Of a stretch of 64,000 nt of DNA, positions 44,567 to 55,124 are shown one piece after another. The notes under the pieces were generated by a model. That model made no database searches. It was not told the DNA's origin and saw only the letters and a program-made list of their open reading frames with translations. The stretch covers positions 96,001 to 160,000 of IMG/VR virus record IMGVR_UViG_3300028914_000059. The stretch is one strand, 5' to 3'. The stretch is from a virus. Lineage: Duplodnaviria > Caudoviricetes. How positions within the stretch are numbered: position 1 is the first letter of the stretch; each line of letters starts with the position of its first letter. Position numbers and translations under genes: made by a program.

Positions 44567-45105
44567 TGATAAGAACCGAGAAACAACTGTTCAATGAATT
44601 AAAGGGCAAATGGCTCAGCAAATATCATCTTGACCAGATAAATTCTCTGATGCTCAGCTTTAACAGTCAGTATGACAAGTACCGGCATAAGATATTTCAG
44701 TGTGCTGATGATAGAGAGCGTGAAGCTATCCGCAGGGAATTTGACGGGCTACGTCAGGCTCTTATCGGTTACACACTTCGTGTATTCAGAATAGAGCCTG
44801 ACAGGATAGACCAGGGTGAAGTAAAGATAGAGCTTGAAACAGATGGGAATTACTATCTGACGTATAGATTACCACAATGGTATCGAGCGCTTAACTTTGC
44901 TGTCTGTAACCTTGTTGAGCCAGATGGTACTACTCTTTCCTCTATGGAAGACCAGTTTCAGGATATGATGCTGGATACTATAAAGGAAATAACGGACACT
45001 GCCGGTGGGGACGACATGACCCCCCGTAGTGTCAGGGAACTGCGTGGTGCGTTGTATCTTAGAAAAGGTATGACGAAACTCGTAGCTAAAAAAGTTAATA
45101 AATGA
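44566..45105 (+). CDS. Hypothetical protein
   Basis: 179 aa, TGATG coupling. Confidence 0.7.
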   Translation: MIRTEKQLFNELKGKWLSKYHLDQINSLMLSFNSQYDKYRHKIFQCADDREREAIRREFDGLRQALIGYTLRVFRIEPDRIDQGEVKIELETDGNYYLTYRLPQWYRALNFAVCNLVEPDGTTLSSMEDQFQDMMLDTIKEITDTAGGDDMTPRSVRELRGALYLRKGMTKLVAKKVNK

Positions 45106-45181
45106 AATATGCGGGATATTATTGTAACATAATATCCCGCTAATTTTAATCCTTAAGATTTCAAGAAGGAGGACTATAAGA

Positions 45182-45763
45182 ATGTCAGAAAATAAATGTG
45201 ATCCTGTTGGGATGTCTAAGTGTTCATCTTCACATGCATCTGCTTGGGGTAGATATTTAGACATGTTAAAGGATGACTTTTTGCTGAGTTTCACAGTGTT
45301 GTCTACACAAGTAGACAACAAGAATAATGACTACTGGTTCACGGAACTTCCAGAGGGTGTACAGGCAAAGTTGGTTCCGGCTTTAAATAATGTATTACTT
45401 GGTTTGTATGACTACTCGGTTGTGCACTCCACTCCTGAGCAATTACCCACTGCCATTGGAAACTTATTGTATTTAGCTCAGCTGGATCCTGAATTTATAA
45501 GTATATCAGGGCTAACTGCAGCTATAAAAAAATTTATTAAAAAGGTAGTGGCTCCATATTTGTTTGGAGACAAAAAAATTAATATTGCGCGGTGTAAAGA
45601 GTGTGGGCAGCTATTTGCACAAAAAAGGGTTAATCAGGTATTTTGCTGTACCAAGTGCAATAATAACTATAAAGGTAAAGTTTACAGAGAAAAGCATTTG
45701 AGAGTTAAAAGAAAGGAGCATGAACATGACCAAAAGAGCTCTGCCATTATCACCAATAACTAA
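45182..45763 (+). CDS. C-terminal CGNR-like zinc-finger protein
   Basis: CKECGQLF...FCCTKC + basic tail. Confidence 0.7.
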   Translation: MSENKCDPVGMSKCSSSHASAWGRYLDMLKDDFLLSFTVLSTQVDNKNNDYWFTELPEGVQAKLVPALNNVLLGLYDYSVVHSTPEQLPTAIGNLLYLAQLDPEFISISGLTAAIKKFIKKVVAPYLFGDKKINIARCKECGQLFAQKRVNQVFCCTKCNNNYKGKVYREKHLRVKRKEHEHDQKSSAIITNN

Positions 45764-46259
45764 ACTTATGCATAAATATTTGGACACAAGCACATTGAGC
45801 TTGATGGCTCTTTCTGCTGTGCGATGTAATGCTACGAGTGAGTTGTCCGTATTAACTTTGAAAGATATAGCGACAGATATAGGCTTACATGTAAAAAATT
45901 CTGATATATCTCAAATCGCCAAGTATGTGTCTATGCTGTTGGCCAGGCTGGCCAGCTATCAGTGTGACCCATCATCAACTAATAGCTCTGTACTGCTTCT
46001 AGCTATGAATGCCTTTACTGGGGAGGGTATGAATAGACATGACTGTAGTGATAAGAATAAATTTATCAGAGGCTTCCTTATCTATATCTACCCTTATGTT
46101 TTAGGAGAAAAAGAGTTATTTGTAGGCAAGTGTTTACACTGTGGGAAAATGTTTTATAAAGGTAGCAAAAATAAAACTTTCTGCAGCGATTCCTGCGCAA
46201 GTGTACTTAGAGGTAGAAAATACAGGGAGAGAAAAAGAGCATTAGAGGCTACTGTATAA
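45720..46259 (+). CDS. C-terminal CGNR-like zinc-finger protein
   Basis: CLHCGKMF...FCSDSC + basic tail; paralogue of previous. Confidence 0.7.
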   Translation: MNMTKRALPLSPITKLMHKYLDTSTLSLMALSAVRCNATSELSVLTLKDIATDIGLHVKNSDISQIAKYVSMLLARLASYQCDPSSTNSSVLLLAMNAFTGEGMNRHDCSDKNKFIRGFLIYIYPYVLGEKELFVGKCLHCGKMFYKGSKNKTFCSDSCASVLRGRKYRERKRALEATV

Positions 46260-46370
46260 AACAGGTTGAAATTCAGGCCAGACGCTTACCGCACTGGCCT
46301 GATAAATTTGATAAAGCTGGGAATTTGTGATATTATACTCCCGGCTTTATTTTACATAGAAAGGTGCAAT

Positions 46371-49319
46371 ATGAACGATAATTACTTAAAAGAACTGGGT
46401 GACCAGATTGCGATTGCCCACTGGGGCCAAACTGGTGAAAATACATATGAAGAGATATGCGACCGGGTTGTTAATTATTTATGTGATGATCCTTCTGATG
46501 AAGGTAGACGATATAATCACAGAATGAAAGAACTTCTGAAGAATAAGAAGTTCATCCCTAATTCTCCCTGCTGGATCAACGCAGGAACAGACATGAAAAA
46601 TCTGTTCGCCTGTTACGTCATAGACCTGCAGGATAATATGAGTAGTATCATGGACACAGCCAAACGAATGGCCATGATAATGAAAGAGGGTGGTGGAGTT
46701 GGAGTATCTCTAGCCCCGATCAGGGCAGAAGGTTCCAGAGTCGGACCGGAAGGAAGCAAAAGAACCGCCAGTGGTCCTGTGAGCTTCCTCAAAGTATTTG
46801 ACGCTGTTACTGGTGCTGTTAAGGCAGCAGGTGTCCGCAGAGGTGCTGCGCTTGCCAATCTGAAGACCGGCCATCCCGATATCATTAAGTTTATAAGATG
46901 TAAGGAAGATCAGAATCAGATAAATAACTTCAATCTTTCTGTGGCCGTTACCGATGAGTTTATGGATGATGTCATAAATGGCTCTGACAAGGTCTGGGCT
47001 GAGGAAGAGGGCGTAAAATACGCTGCTTCCGATATCTATGACATGATTGTTGAACATATGTGGAGAAACGGGGAACCTGGTGTCCAGTTTATAGATACTG
47101 TCAATAATGTTGATGGTAAATATACAGGCAGGCCGGAGTTCCGGGAATTTAACACTGGTATAGAAGTATCTAATCCTTGTGTTACTGGTGATACTCTGGT
47201 TCAGACTCCGGATGGTCTGTTTCCCATAAAGGGGTTGGTAGGCAGGGAAATAGAAGTGTGGAATGGTAACAAGTGGAGTAGAGTTACGCCTTTTTCTACA
47301 GGTAAAAATAAAATAATGGAAGTAGAGGTATCTGCAGAAGTTATTTCTAGAGCGCCTGGTTTTCCTTTTGAAAATAATAGGATTGAAAAAGGCAAAATAA
47401 GATGCACACTCTATCATAAATTCATTATGGAAAACGGACAGAGGGCTGAAGCCAGACTTTTGCGATTAGGAGATAAATTAATGTCTCCAAATATGGAACG
47501 CTGTGCAAACATGGATGATTGCGGTCCTTGTGAAAACTATACCATAACCGGACTGAGACTGTTGGATTCGGAAGAAGAAACTTTCTGCCTCAATGAGCCG
47601 GAAAATCATGCGTTCACTATAAGTACCAAGGACAGATATACCTTTGGAATACCTGTATTGATCGGAAATTGTGGAGAAAGCTTCTTAAAACCTAACGAAG
47701 CATGTAATCTAGGCTCTATCAACCTCTATCACTTTGTTCACCCTTTCTGGAAAGGCGAGGATAAGAAGGCTGATATGGCTCTTCGTCAGGAACTGAAACA
47801 GACAGTCGAAGATGCTGTAGACTTCCTGAATTTGATGATAGATAAGTCAGAAACCCCGTTCGACGAAGTCAATGCTGCTGTAAGAGCCTCCAGGAAGACT
47901 GGCCTGGGTGTTATGGGCCTGGCTGATTATCTGTCTGCTAAAGGTTTGACCTACGGAAGCCCTGAAGCCATTCATGAAGCTGCAGATGTATTTGCATTCA
48001 TAACCAAAACTGCTGAAGAATATTCTTTGCGTAAAGGTTACAAGAACGCCTGTCTGACCATCCAGGCTCCTACTGGAACTACTGGTCTGGTTGGTGAAGT
48101 CAGCACCGGTATTGAACCTCATTTCCTCAGATGCTGGAACAGACATTCTCTTAAGATGGGTGATCTGCTTATGTATCCGAAGTCTTTGAGGGACTATATC
48201 AATGCCAGATACGACAGCACCAAGACCGATTCTCCGGAAATGCTTGTATGGATATCACTTAGTCAGGCTATGGAAAATAACGACCTGGAAAGATTCTCTG
48301 ATATAATAGAATGTAAACAAACCACTGTTACAGAAGCCGCAAAAATTATATCAGATGAAATAAAAAGGTACTGGCCTACTGCTCATGAAGTGACTCCGAA
48401 GCAGCATCTGGCTATGCTGGCAGCTATTCAGAGACATGTTCATAATTCAGTATCTAAAACCATCAACCTTTCTCATGACGCTACCGTTGATGATGTAAGA
48501 GAGCTTATCACTACTGCATGGCGCTCCGGCTGTAAAGGATTTACATGTTATAGAGATGGAAGCAGAGATAGTCAACCTCTTAAAGCTGTAGACAGCAAGG
48601 AAGAAGATATTGAAGAAATAGCTGATTCAGACAGAGAAATTCTTGCAAAAGTTCATAGCAATGAGTGGATGGTGATTAAGCATGAGAGATTTGAGAAGCT
48701 GGTAGAAAAGATGAAATCCTTTGAAAGGATATTAGATGAGGCAGCTCTTGCTAAGGACATTAATGTCCCTTGCAAACGACCAAGACCTAATGTTACTTTC
48801 GGGGAAACTGTTAAAACCAAGATAGGTTGTGGAGCCATGTATATTACTGTTAACTCAGACGAGCACGGTATATGTGAAGTCTTTACCAGTCTTGGAAGAA
48901 ACGGTGGCTGTCCATCTCAGTCAGAAGCAACTAGCAGGCTTATCTCTCTTGCCCTCAGATCAGGTGTAAGTGTTGAAGATGTCATTGACCAGCTCAAAGG
49001 TATTAGATGTATGAATACTATGAGACAGGGGGGTATTAAGCAGGCTGATGGTTCCGTAGTTCTAAGCTGCCCGGATGCCATAGGTAAGACTATGGAAAGG
49101 GTGTATAAGGACAAGAGCGGGGAAGGACTCTTCATCTCCAAGATGAGGGATGCTACACCAGAGGAAAACGCATCAATGGATAAATTCATTGAGAGCATAT
49201 CAGTACCTACTGCTGTGAACATCTTTGATGCGCTGGAGTGTCCTGAATGTGGTGAAAAGTTAACTCGTGATGGTGGGTGCATAATCTGTCGTCACTGCGG
49301 ATATAGTAAGTGTGGGTGA
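46371..49319 (+). CDS. nrdJ: Class II (B12-dependent) ribonucleotide reductase with intein, TSCPD domain and Zn ribbon
   Basis: PNSP, ACYV, GGGVG, RRGA, NPC/GE, CNLGSINL, APTGT, VSKTIN, YRDGSR, SCPDAIG, CxxC..CxxC; start MNDNY. Confidence 0.92.
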   Translation: MNDNYLKELGDQIAIAHWGQTGENTYEEICDRVVNYLCDDPSDEGRRYNHRMKELLKNKKFIPNSPCWINAGTDMKNLFACYVIDLQDNMSSIMDTAKRMAMIMKEGGGVGVSLAPIRAEGSRVGPEGSKRTASGPVSFLKVFDAVTGAVKAAGVRRGAALANLKTGHPDIIKFIRCKEDQNQINNFNLSVAVTDEFMDDVINGSDKVWAEEEGVKYAASDIYDMIVEHMWRNGEPGVQFIDTVNNVDGKYTGRPEFREFNTGIEVSNPCVTGDTLVQTPDGLFPIKGLVGREIEVWNGNKWSRVTPFSTGKNKIMEVEVSAEVISRAPGFPFENNRIEKGKIRCTLYHKFIMENGQRAEARLLRLGDKLMSPNMERCANMDDCGPCENYTITGLRLLDSEEETFCLNEPENHAFTISTKDRYTFGIPVLIGNCGESFLKPNEACNLGSINLYHFVHPFWKGEDKKADMALRQELKQTVEDAVDFLNLMIDKSETPFDEVNAAVRASRKTGLGVMGLADYLSAKGLTYGSPEAIHEAADVFAFITKTAEEYSLRKGYKNACLTIQAPTGTTGLVGEVSTGIEPHFLRCWNRHSLKMGDLLMYPKSLRDYINARYDSTKTDSPEMLVWISLSQAMENNDLERFSDIIECKQTTVTEAAKIISDEIKRYWPTAHEVTPKQHLAMLAAIQRHVHNSVSKTINLSHDATVDDVRELITTAWRSGCKGFTCYRDGSRDSQPLKAVDSKEEDIEEIADSDREILAKVHSNEWMVIKHERFEKLVEKMKSFERILDEAALAKDINVPCKRPRPNVTFGETVKTKIGCGAMYITVNSDEHGICEVFTSLGRNGGCPSQSEATSRLISLALRSGVSVEDVIDQLKGIRCMNTMRQGGIKQADGSVVLSCPDAIGKTMERVYKDKSGEGLFISKMRDATPEENASMDKFIESISVPTAVNIFDALECPECGEKLTRDGGCIICRHCGYSKCG
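47178..47669 (+). mobile_element. Mini-intein (164 aa, no homing endonuclease)
   Basis: NP|CVTGDTLV...CTLYHKF...LIGN|CGE; splicing restores NPCGE. Confidence 0.9.
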
Positions 49320-49323
49320 TAAT

Positions 49324-49566
49324 ATGCAAGGATATGTCTATATAGATCATACTGGTGCGGATAAAGTATATGGCTTTCATTTCACTAAGACTGAAATGAA
49401 AGAGCTATATGAAGAAGCTAAGAAGGTAGTAAAGGGTGAACCAGGCGGCCTGGAAAAACTCTTGGCTAACTATCTTGTCTTCATGTTTGATTATGATTTT
49501 CATAAGGAGGAAAATAAGGATGTTAACAAATTATGTAGGGACATACACGATCAATATTATGAATGA
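49324..49566 (+). CDS. Hypothetical protein
   Basis: GGTGA RBS before MQGYVY. Confidence 0.6.
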   Translation: MQGYVYIDHTGADKVYGFHFTKTEMKELYEEAKKVVKGEPGGLEKLLANYLVFMFDYDFHKEENKDVNKLCRDIHDQYYE

Positions 49567-49737
49567 ATTGGCACAAACATACATGAGAAATAAACTCATC
49601 ATAGATATGCAATCTAACTTTAACTGGACGGTATTCATACTAGTAATTGCCTTTGTGGTATATTGGTTTTTCAAGTCTTGTATAGAGGCTTCGAAAAATG
49701 ACAATGACAAATACAGATATTAAAGGAGAAGTTCAAA

Positions 49738-49977
49738 ATGTTTATTACGGTAACTAGTTTTTATTCTGGCGAGTATGTAATTGTTAATTCGGATTATATA
49801 ATAAGAGTTGATTCCGATATACTTGAGGATGGCGGCTCAAAAGTGAACGTCGGTAAAATACTTCTAGCAGATCCAAGAAAAATGTTGCCTTCTAAAGATT
49901 TAGACCCAAATGTTATATATACGGTCGAACAGTTTTCAGAACTGGAAAGAGCACTGCGTTCTGTACCTGCTGCTTAA
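49738..49977 (+). CDS. Hypothetical protein
   Basis: AAGGAG RBS, 79 aa. Confidence 0.65.
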   Translation: MFITVTSFYSGEYVIVNSDYIIRVDSDILEDGGSKVNVGKILLADPRKMLPSKDLDPNVIYTVEQFSELERALRSVPAA

Positions 49978-50068
49978 TAAGTGGAATACAGGTATAAGTT
50001 AAAGTGTTAACTCGGGCCGGGACTTATTGTTCCCGGCCTTATTTTTTATCAAATTAAGGAGATAATAT

Positions 50069-52276
50069 ATGTTGAAGTCATTATTGACAGAATCTGTACC
50101 TATGGGACAGGAGTGGAATGACTTTTTTAAGCGTTCCATAAATCAGGATTGTAGTGATGATATAGAAAACGAAACAACAGCGGATGTTCTGGAATGGGAA
50201 GACATGGTGAAATTACTCGGTAAGCATAAAGCTGTAAGTATTAATTCATTTGACAAGAGTAATTTTGGTAAAGACCTGGGAAATATAATAGAAGACACCC
50301 TGGACTCACTGAATGAATTTACTGATAGAAATGTTGAGAACATTTCAAAAGCTGGCCCAGAAGTTAAAACTGCTGAATTCCTATTTGGTCCGGCATATAG
50401 TCAATTTATTCAAGGCAAGGCATCAGAGGGTTTTAAACTGCTTAGCTTATGCGACAACTGGGAAGATGCTCAGATTTGGATAAACAAGTTATCTGAAGCA
50501 TTGAAACCAATTATACTGAACGCCCCGGATATAATGGCTAGATTAGTTTCTACTTTTGTCTCTACTAAAATAGGTTTAGCAGAAGCACAGGCAATATTTA
50601 TATATAGACAGCTTGTAATGCTGTTAACTTCAAATGATTTCTGGGATGCTATACTGCACAAAAATACTACCGTAACAGTCGAGACTGCAGTTAAGCTTTT
50701 AACGGTATACTGCATGGATGCTACATTATGGATGAGCTCGCCGTTTGGCACTTCGCGTGAAAAGTGTGGTAAAATTGCTTCTATGCCGCAGGAAGGTCTA
50801 AGTAATCTTAGAGATGTGAGATTTGTGTTTGCTGGTCTTACTAAGTGCTGTAGTAACGTTGAACAGTTACTAAGGGAAAAAAATGTAGTTATTCCGGATA
50901 TAAATGATCTTAAATATGCCCCAAAAAACCAGGTGGCCAGAGCGGGTAAATATTTAGTAAAATTAGCTGGTGGAGAATATACAGGTAATTTAGCGGCATT
51001 GGACTCTGAAGACACGTTAGTAGATATTACGAAATTTGATTCTAGTACCACTGATCTGGCTGTTTTTGCCCTATCTGATGACTATTTAAAGCTGGAAGAA
51101 TTAACAGATAAGATGATTCATGGTCGAGTGCCCCCTGCTACTATAGATCTGGGTTTACTGGCAACAGCTGCTGATGTATTTCTGGATGCGGGTAACGGTA
51201 AGGGTTTGGGAGCAGATATAATGCGTGAATTTATGCCCACCAGAACTGTGGTGACTATACTGGAATATACAATGGTGTGGTTGGCACACGTAGTAAGATT
51301 TAATACTTTGTGGAAATCTTTCGGCTTTAGGATAGTTAAACAGTATCTTAAAGATAATGTTCCTGAGTTTGAACAGTATAGTAAAAATCCGGTAATGCTT
51401 CTAAAGAAAGCAGTAGGACAATGGCAGGTAGAAGAAAAACGACAGCAGGAAGAAAAAGAGCGTGAAATTGCTGAAAGAGCTGCTCGAATGAAAGAGGCTG
51501 CTGAAAAGCTGGAAAGAGAACGATTGGAGGCGATAGAAAAAATGGAATCAGAAAGAAAGGGCAAACTCAAGGCTGAGGGTTTTCAGCTGGCATCTGATTC
51601 AGGCAGATACGAGAAATGGTTTAAGGACAATACCTGCAGGATATTCTTCAAGACCACGTCCCCTGAAGAAAAGAAAAGTGTCCTGATTGGTCTGGAAGAA
51701 CTCGGTATTTCTGCCAGCAAGGTCAGGAACATCAAGAACCCTGCGGGTATTATCCGAACCCTCACTATTGGAGAGGATGAAATATACTCTGATTCTCTTA
51801 TAGAGAAGGCTTTGCATAAAGCTGCCCGTTTCAAGCCCGAGGGCCCCGTGTTCAACATCGAGGTAGTCAGCACTGCTTTTGATCTTGTCTTCGACAAGAC
51901 ATTCTTTGAGTTGGAATGGTTGGACAAAGCAATAGTACGTGCTATGGATGATAAGGTACCCATTCAGGATGCCAGATACTGCACTAAGGTGATGCGTGAC
52001 CGAGGTATCATAGGACAGATCAAGGGTAAGAAGAACGGACCCAAGATATTTGCTCTGACCCCGGAAGGTTATTCATTATATCAGATTCAGAAGGATTACC
52101 CGAACCTGCCTATACTGGCTGTCCCATGGGAAAAATACATAGGGGAAGAAGTAGCAGAAAGGTTAGGAACACTTCCGTACTTTGATATAACTACTCGTCC
52201 TGTAAAGGACATTGACAAGATGATAGCAGGCAAGACTCCCAGATTTCTGGATAAGTACTATGTAACCGCTATCTAA
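50069..52276 (+). CDS. Large hypothetical protein with central coiled coil
   Basis: 735 aa, AAGGAG RBS, own GGTATAAG promoter. Confidence 0.85.
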   Translation: MLKSLLTESVPMGQEWNDFFKRSINQDCSDDIENETTADVLEWEDMVKLLGKHKAVSINSFDKSNFGKDLGNIIEDTLDSLNEFTDRNVENISKAGPEVKTAEFLFGPAYSQFIQGKASEGFKLLSLCDNWEDAQIWINKLSEALKPIILNAPDIMARLVSTFVSTKIGLAEAQAIFIYRQLVMLLTSNDFWDAILHKNTTVTVETAVKLLTVYCMDATLWMSSPFGTSREKCGKIASMPQEGLSNLRDVRFVFAGLTKCCSNVEQLLREKNVVIPDINDLKYAPKNQVARAGKYLVKLAGGEYTGNLAALDSEDTLVDITKFDSSTTDLAVFALSDDYLKLEELTDKMIHGRVPPATIDLGLLATAADVFLDAGNGKGLGADIMREFMPTRTVVTILEYTMVWLAHVVRFNTLWKSFGFRIVKQYLKDNVPEFEQYSKNPVMLLKKAVGQWQVEEKRQQEEKEREIAERAARMKEAAEKLERERLEAIEKMESERKGKLKAEGFQLASDSGRYEKWFKDNTCRIFFKTTSPEEKKSVLIGLEELGISASKVRNIKNPAGIIRTLTIGEDEIYSDSLIEKALHKAARFKPEGPVFNIEVVSTAFDLVFDKTFFELEWLDKAIVRAMDDKVPIQDARYCTKVMRDRGIIGQIKGKKNGPKIFALTPEGYSLYQIQKDYPNLPILAVPWEKYIGEEVAERLGTLPYFDITTRPVKDIDKMIAGKTPRFLDKYYVTAI

Positions 52277-52286
52277 GGAGGAAACT

Positions 52287-52733
52287 ATGCGACCAGTAGA
52301 GTATTTTTACGATAATAAAATAAGCTGCAAGACCTGTGGCTTATGTGTACCTAATAATGCCCCAGGCTATAAAAGAGCCTGTGCTGCTCTGAAATATGCT
52401 CCGATTCCTGATACTGAAAAGATCAGACTAACCAGATGTCCCGCCCTGCTTGCACCAGACGCCACATACTACTGTGACGACTGCGACGAAGACATCCTTA
52501 TGGAACGGGAACTGGCTATGGAAAAGATATCAGAAGCTTTCAAGGAAGCTAATAAAGGTAACGACGGAAAGGACAAAGAGCATCCCATCATAACCAGAAC
52601 AGAAATAGCTGAAAGACTGCATATTACTGTCCCGGAAATACCGCACCGCAAAGGTATGAGAGTATACTTGCACGGGCAGCGGGGCATAACACTATGCCCA
52701 GAATGCTATTTGAAGCGCTACGGTAAGAAGTAG
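52287..52733 (+). CDS. Cys-rich zinc-binding hypothetical protein
   Basis: Multiple CxxC. Confidence 0.75.
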   Translation: MRPVEYFYDNKISCKTCGLCVPNNAPGYKRACAALKYAPIPDTEKIRLTRCPALLAPDATYYCDDCDEDILMERELAMEKISEAFKEANKGNDGKDKEHPIITRTEIAERLHITVPEIPHRKGMRVYLHGQRGITLCPECYLKRYGKK

Positions 52734-52775
52734 GACAAATAACCGGCTCCTGATGGGCCGGTTATTTTTTACCTG

Positions 52776-53015
52776 TTAACTTATCCAGGCTGGGATTGTG
52801 TCGTTAATAGCTGCTACAGTCTTTGCTGTATTGAAGAGGAGTTGATTTCTCTTGGTAATAAGGCCTGCTATTATATTTTCTACAGTAGTTATTTCAGCAG
52901 AAGTGGCTGTCATATTGCCGTGCCTGCTGGCTCTTTCTCTATACTGAGTATCCAGCGCTTTCTGCATTTCAGCTATAGCTCTGTCCAGAAGCATTATCTT
53001 TTCATATTCATTCAT
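52776..53015 (-). CDS. Hypothetical protein
   Basis: AAGGTGG RBS before MNEYEK; ends at bidirectional terminator. Confidence 0.55.
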   Translation of the reverse strand: MNEYEKIMLLDRAIAEMQKALDTQYRERASRHGNMTATSAEITTVENIIAGLITKRNQLLFNTAKTVAAINDTIPAWIS

Positions 53016-53197
53016 ATTATTTACCACCTTTTAAAACGAAGTATATCTTACTATAACATATTTTGGTCTCTTTTTCCAGTACTGGTGCCAGCTTCCGTCA
53101 GCTTGACTTTTAGGGCATTTTCTCTTATATGTATTATAGAGTGAAGATAATTTTAATAGAGTAAAACAAATTCTCAAGAGTGAAGTGAGACATCCAT

Positions 53198-53653
53198 ATG
53201 ATAGGACAGACTTACTATCCTCCTGCAGGTTATGTTCCTGTAGGATATCCTGCTGTACAGAATAATCCTCCACAGCCCCAGCAGGTTCAGGCCCCGCCTG
53301 TATCAGCTAAAACTATAACGGAATCTAATGTGATATGGGCTAAAGGAGAAGAGGGCGCCAAGGCTATAAATGCCATCCCGTCTATCCCGGTTATTATTCT
53401 GGACAGCGAGACAGACGGTGTTATGTATATAAAGACATGTGACTCTGCATGGAAACCCAGTCTCCGCATTTTCGACTACAAGGAAAGACTGCCTAAAGCA
53501 GTGGTCTCTCCCAGTAATTCGGACTATGTTTCCAAGAAAGAGTTCGAAGCATTTAGAGATGAAGTGAAGAAGTATCTGGAGGAAAAGAAAAATGAATCAA
53601 CTATTTCAACAACTGGCAGCACCGACATCCCCTATGGCATCAGGGAACGCTAA
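53198..53653 (+). CDS. Conserved Firmicutes-phage cassette protein 1
   Basis: 'IWAKGEEGAKA...ILDSE...YIKT.D...YVSKKEF' family; TTGACT-N17-TATATG promoter about 53103-53131. Confidence 0.75.
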   Translation: MIGQTYYPPAGYVPVGYPAVQNNPPQPQQVQAPPVSAKTITESNVIWAKGEEGAKAINAIPSIPVIILDSETDGVMYIKTCDSAWKPSLRIFDYKERLPKAVVSPSNSDYVSKKEFEAFRDEVKKYLEEKKNESTISTTGSTDIPYGIRER

Positions 53654-53828
53654 TGGTTTACCCCCAATGTTCGGAATGTTACAGAAGTTTATGGATTTTA
53701 AGAACAGTTTCAAGGGAAATGCAAAAGAACAGGTGCAGGAGCTGCTCAAATCGGGGAAGATGTCACAGGAACAATTCCAACAGCTCAGCAAAATGGCTGA
53801 GGGATTCCAGGGAATGTTCAACAAGTAA
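53592..53828 (+). CDS. Cassette protein 2
   Basis: 'FMDFKNSFKGNAKEQVQELLKSGKMSQEQFQQL'. Confidence 0.75.
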   Translation: MNQLFQQLAAPTSPMASGNANGLPPMFGMLQKFMDFKNSFKGNAKEQVQELLKSGKMSQEQFQQLSKMAEGFQGMFNK

Positions 53829-53918
53829 TTCCAAGTAATATAGAAGTATAGCCACTTCAGGCGGGATATGCCCACCAGTGGTTTCCTATACTAATTTTAT
53901 GAGTGAGAGGTAAAAATT

Positions 53919-54644
53919 ATGGCAGTAGTAAGTGATGGCACAACTACAATGATGGGCGGGAACGAATGGTTCTGGATCGTCGTTCTCTTCTTGTTCGGAT
54001 TCGGCAACGGTGGATTCGGTGGCTGGGGCGGAAATAACGCTGCTAACCTGAATGGAATGTTAACACGAGCCGAAATGAGTGATGGTTTCAATACAAACCA
54101 GATACTTAACAATCAGAATGTAACTGAGCGAATGTTAGCAGACAATGCCTATAATATCAGAAATGATATAGGCAATCACTTTTCACAGTCTGAACAGAAT
54201 GCAGCACTGCGTGCAGCATCTCAAGTTGATAGGCTTTACGGTTTATCCAGTAATATAGCTGAAGGTTTCGCAGGAACTAATGCTAATATATCCGCTGGAT
54301 TTGCAGGTGTAAACGCTAGTATAGCAGCTAACAGAAACAATCTGGATCTTGCAGCCTGTGGTATCAACAGAAATATTGATGCTCTCCGCTATGAAACAGC
54401 TAAACAGACCTGTGATATAGTAAATGCTATCAAGGAAGATGGTGAAGCTACAAGAGCTATGTTCACAGCTAATACTATCCAGGATCTTAGAGATAAGCTT
54501 CAGGATACCCGCGCTGCTCTTAGCAACACTATCCAGACTCAGCAGATTCTTGGGCAGGTTCTCCCAACTCCTCGCCCAGCCTACAGTGTTATGAGTCCTT
54601 ATCAGACTTATAATCCAACCGGCTGCGGATGCCCTAACGCATAA
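53919..54644 (+). CDS. Cassette protein 3 (Gly/Trp-rich membrane segment + coiled coil)
   Basis: 'WFWIVVLFLFGFGNGGFGGWGG', 'QTCDIVNAI...TRA...IQDLRDKL', 'PRPAY...PY...GCGC'. Confidence 0.8.
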   Translation: MAVVSDGTTTMMGGNEWFWIVVLFLFGFGNGGFGGWGGNNAANLNGMLTRAEMSDGFNTNQILNNQNVTERMLADNAYNIRNDIGNHFSQSEQNAALRAASQVDRLYGLSSNIAEGFAGTNANISAGFAGVNASIAANRNNLDLAACGINRNIDALRYETAKQTCDIVNAIKEDGEATRAMFTANTIQDLRDKLQDTRAALSNTIQTQQILGQVLPTPRPAYSVMSPYQTYNPTGCGCPNA

Positions 54645-54688
54645 GGATAAGGGGCTGGGGAGCAATCTCCGGCCCCGGGAGGTCTACT

Positions 54689-55123
54689 ATGATTAAAGCT
54701 ATTAATGTAGGTCAGCAGACATTGACTCCTGAGTCTCCGGTACTTTTCGGATCAAATGTCCTGCAATACTCTAATGATGTGGGTCATGCAGCTTCTTCAG
54801 GAGCTTTCTCCCTGAGACGCTGCGGACTTTACGATGTAAGTTTCAATGGAACAATTTCAAACCCAGGCGAAGCTGGTACTGCAGTAACTTTACAGCTCTC
54901 TCTGGAACTGGACGGGGAAAATATCCCAGGGAGTGAGGTTACTTTAGATGTTGATGACGTGAGTGAGCGTCCAGTTTCATTCTCTACTATAGTGAGAGCT
55001 TATCGGGACTGCAGTCCATGCTACTGGGCCGATAACGGACCTGTAGAACTGAGAGTGGTAAATTCCGGGACAGCACCATTGACACTGTCCAACGCCACTA
55101 TCTCTGTTGCCAGGAGGGTATGA
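54689..55123 (+). CDS. Cassette protein 4 (BclA-CTD/C1q-like beta sandwich)
   Basis: 'GLYDVSFNGTI...LELDGE.IPGS' pattern. Confidence 0.65.
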   Translation: MIKAINVGQQTLTPESPVLFGSNVLQYSNDVGHAASSGAFSLRRCGLYDVSFNGTISNPGEAGTAVTLQLSLELDGENIPGSEVTLDVDDVSERPVSFSTIVRAYRDCSPCYWADNGPVELRVVNSGTAPLTLSNATISVARRV

Positions 55124-55124
55124 T

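Noticed and set aside
46266-46370. 35-aa N-terminal extension of NrdJ in the ORF track
   Set aside because: TTG start without RBS; GAAAGGTG RBS supports ATG at 46371
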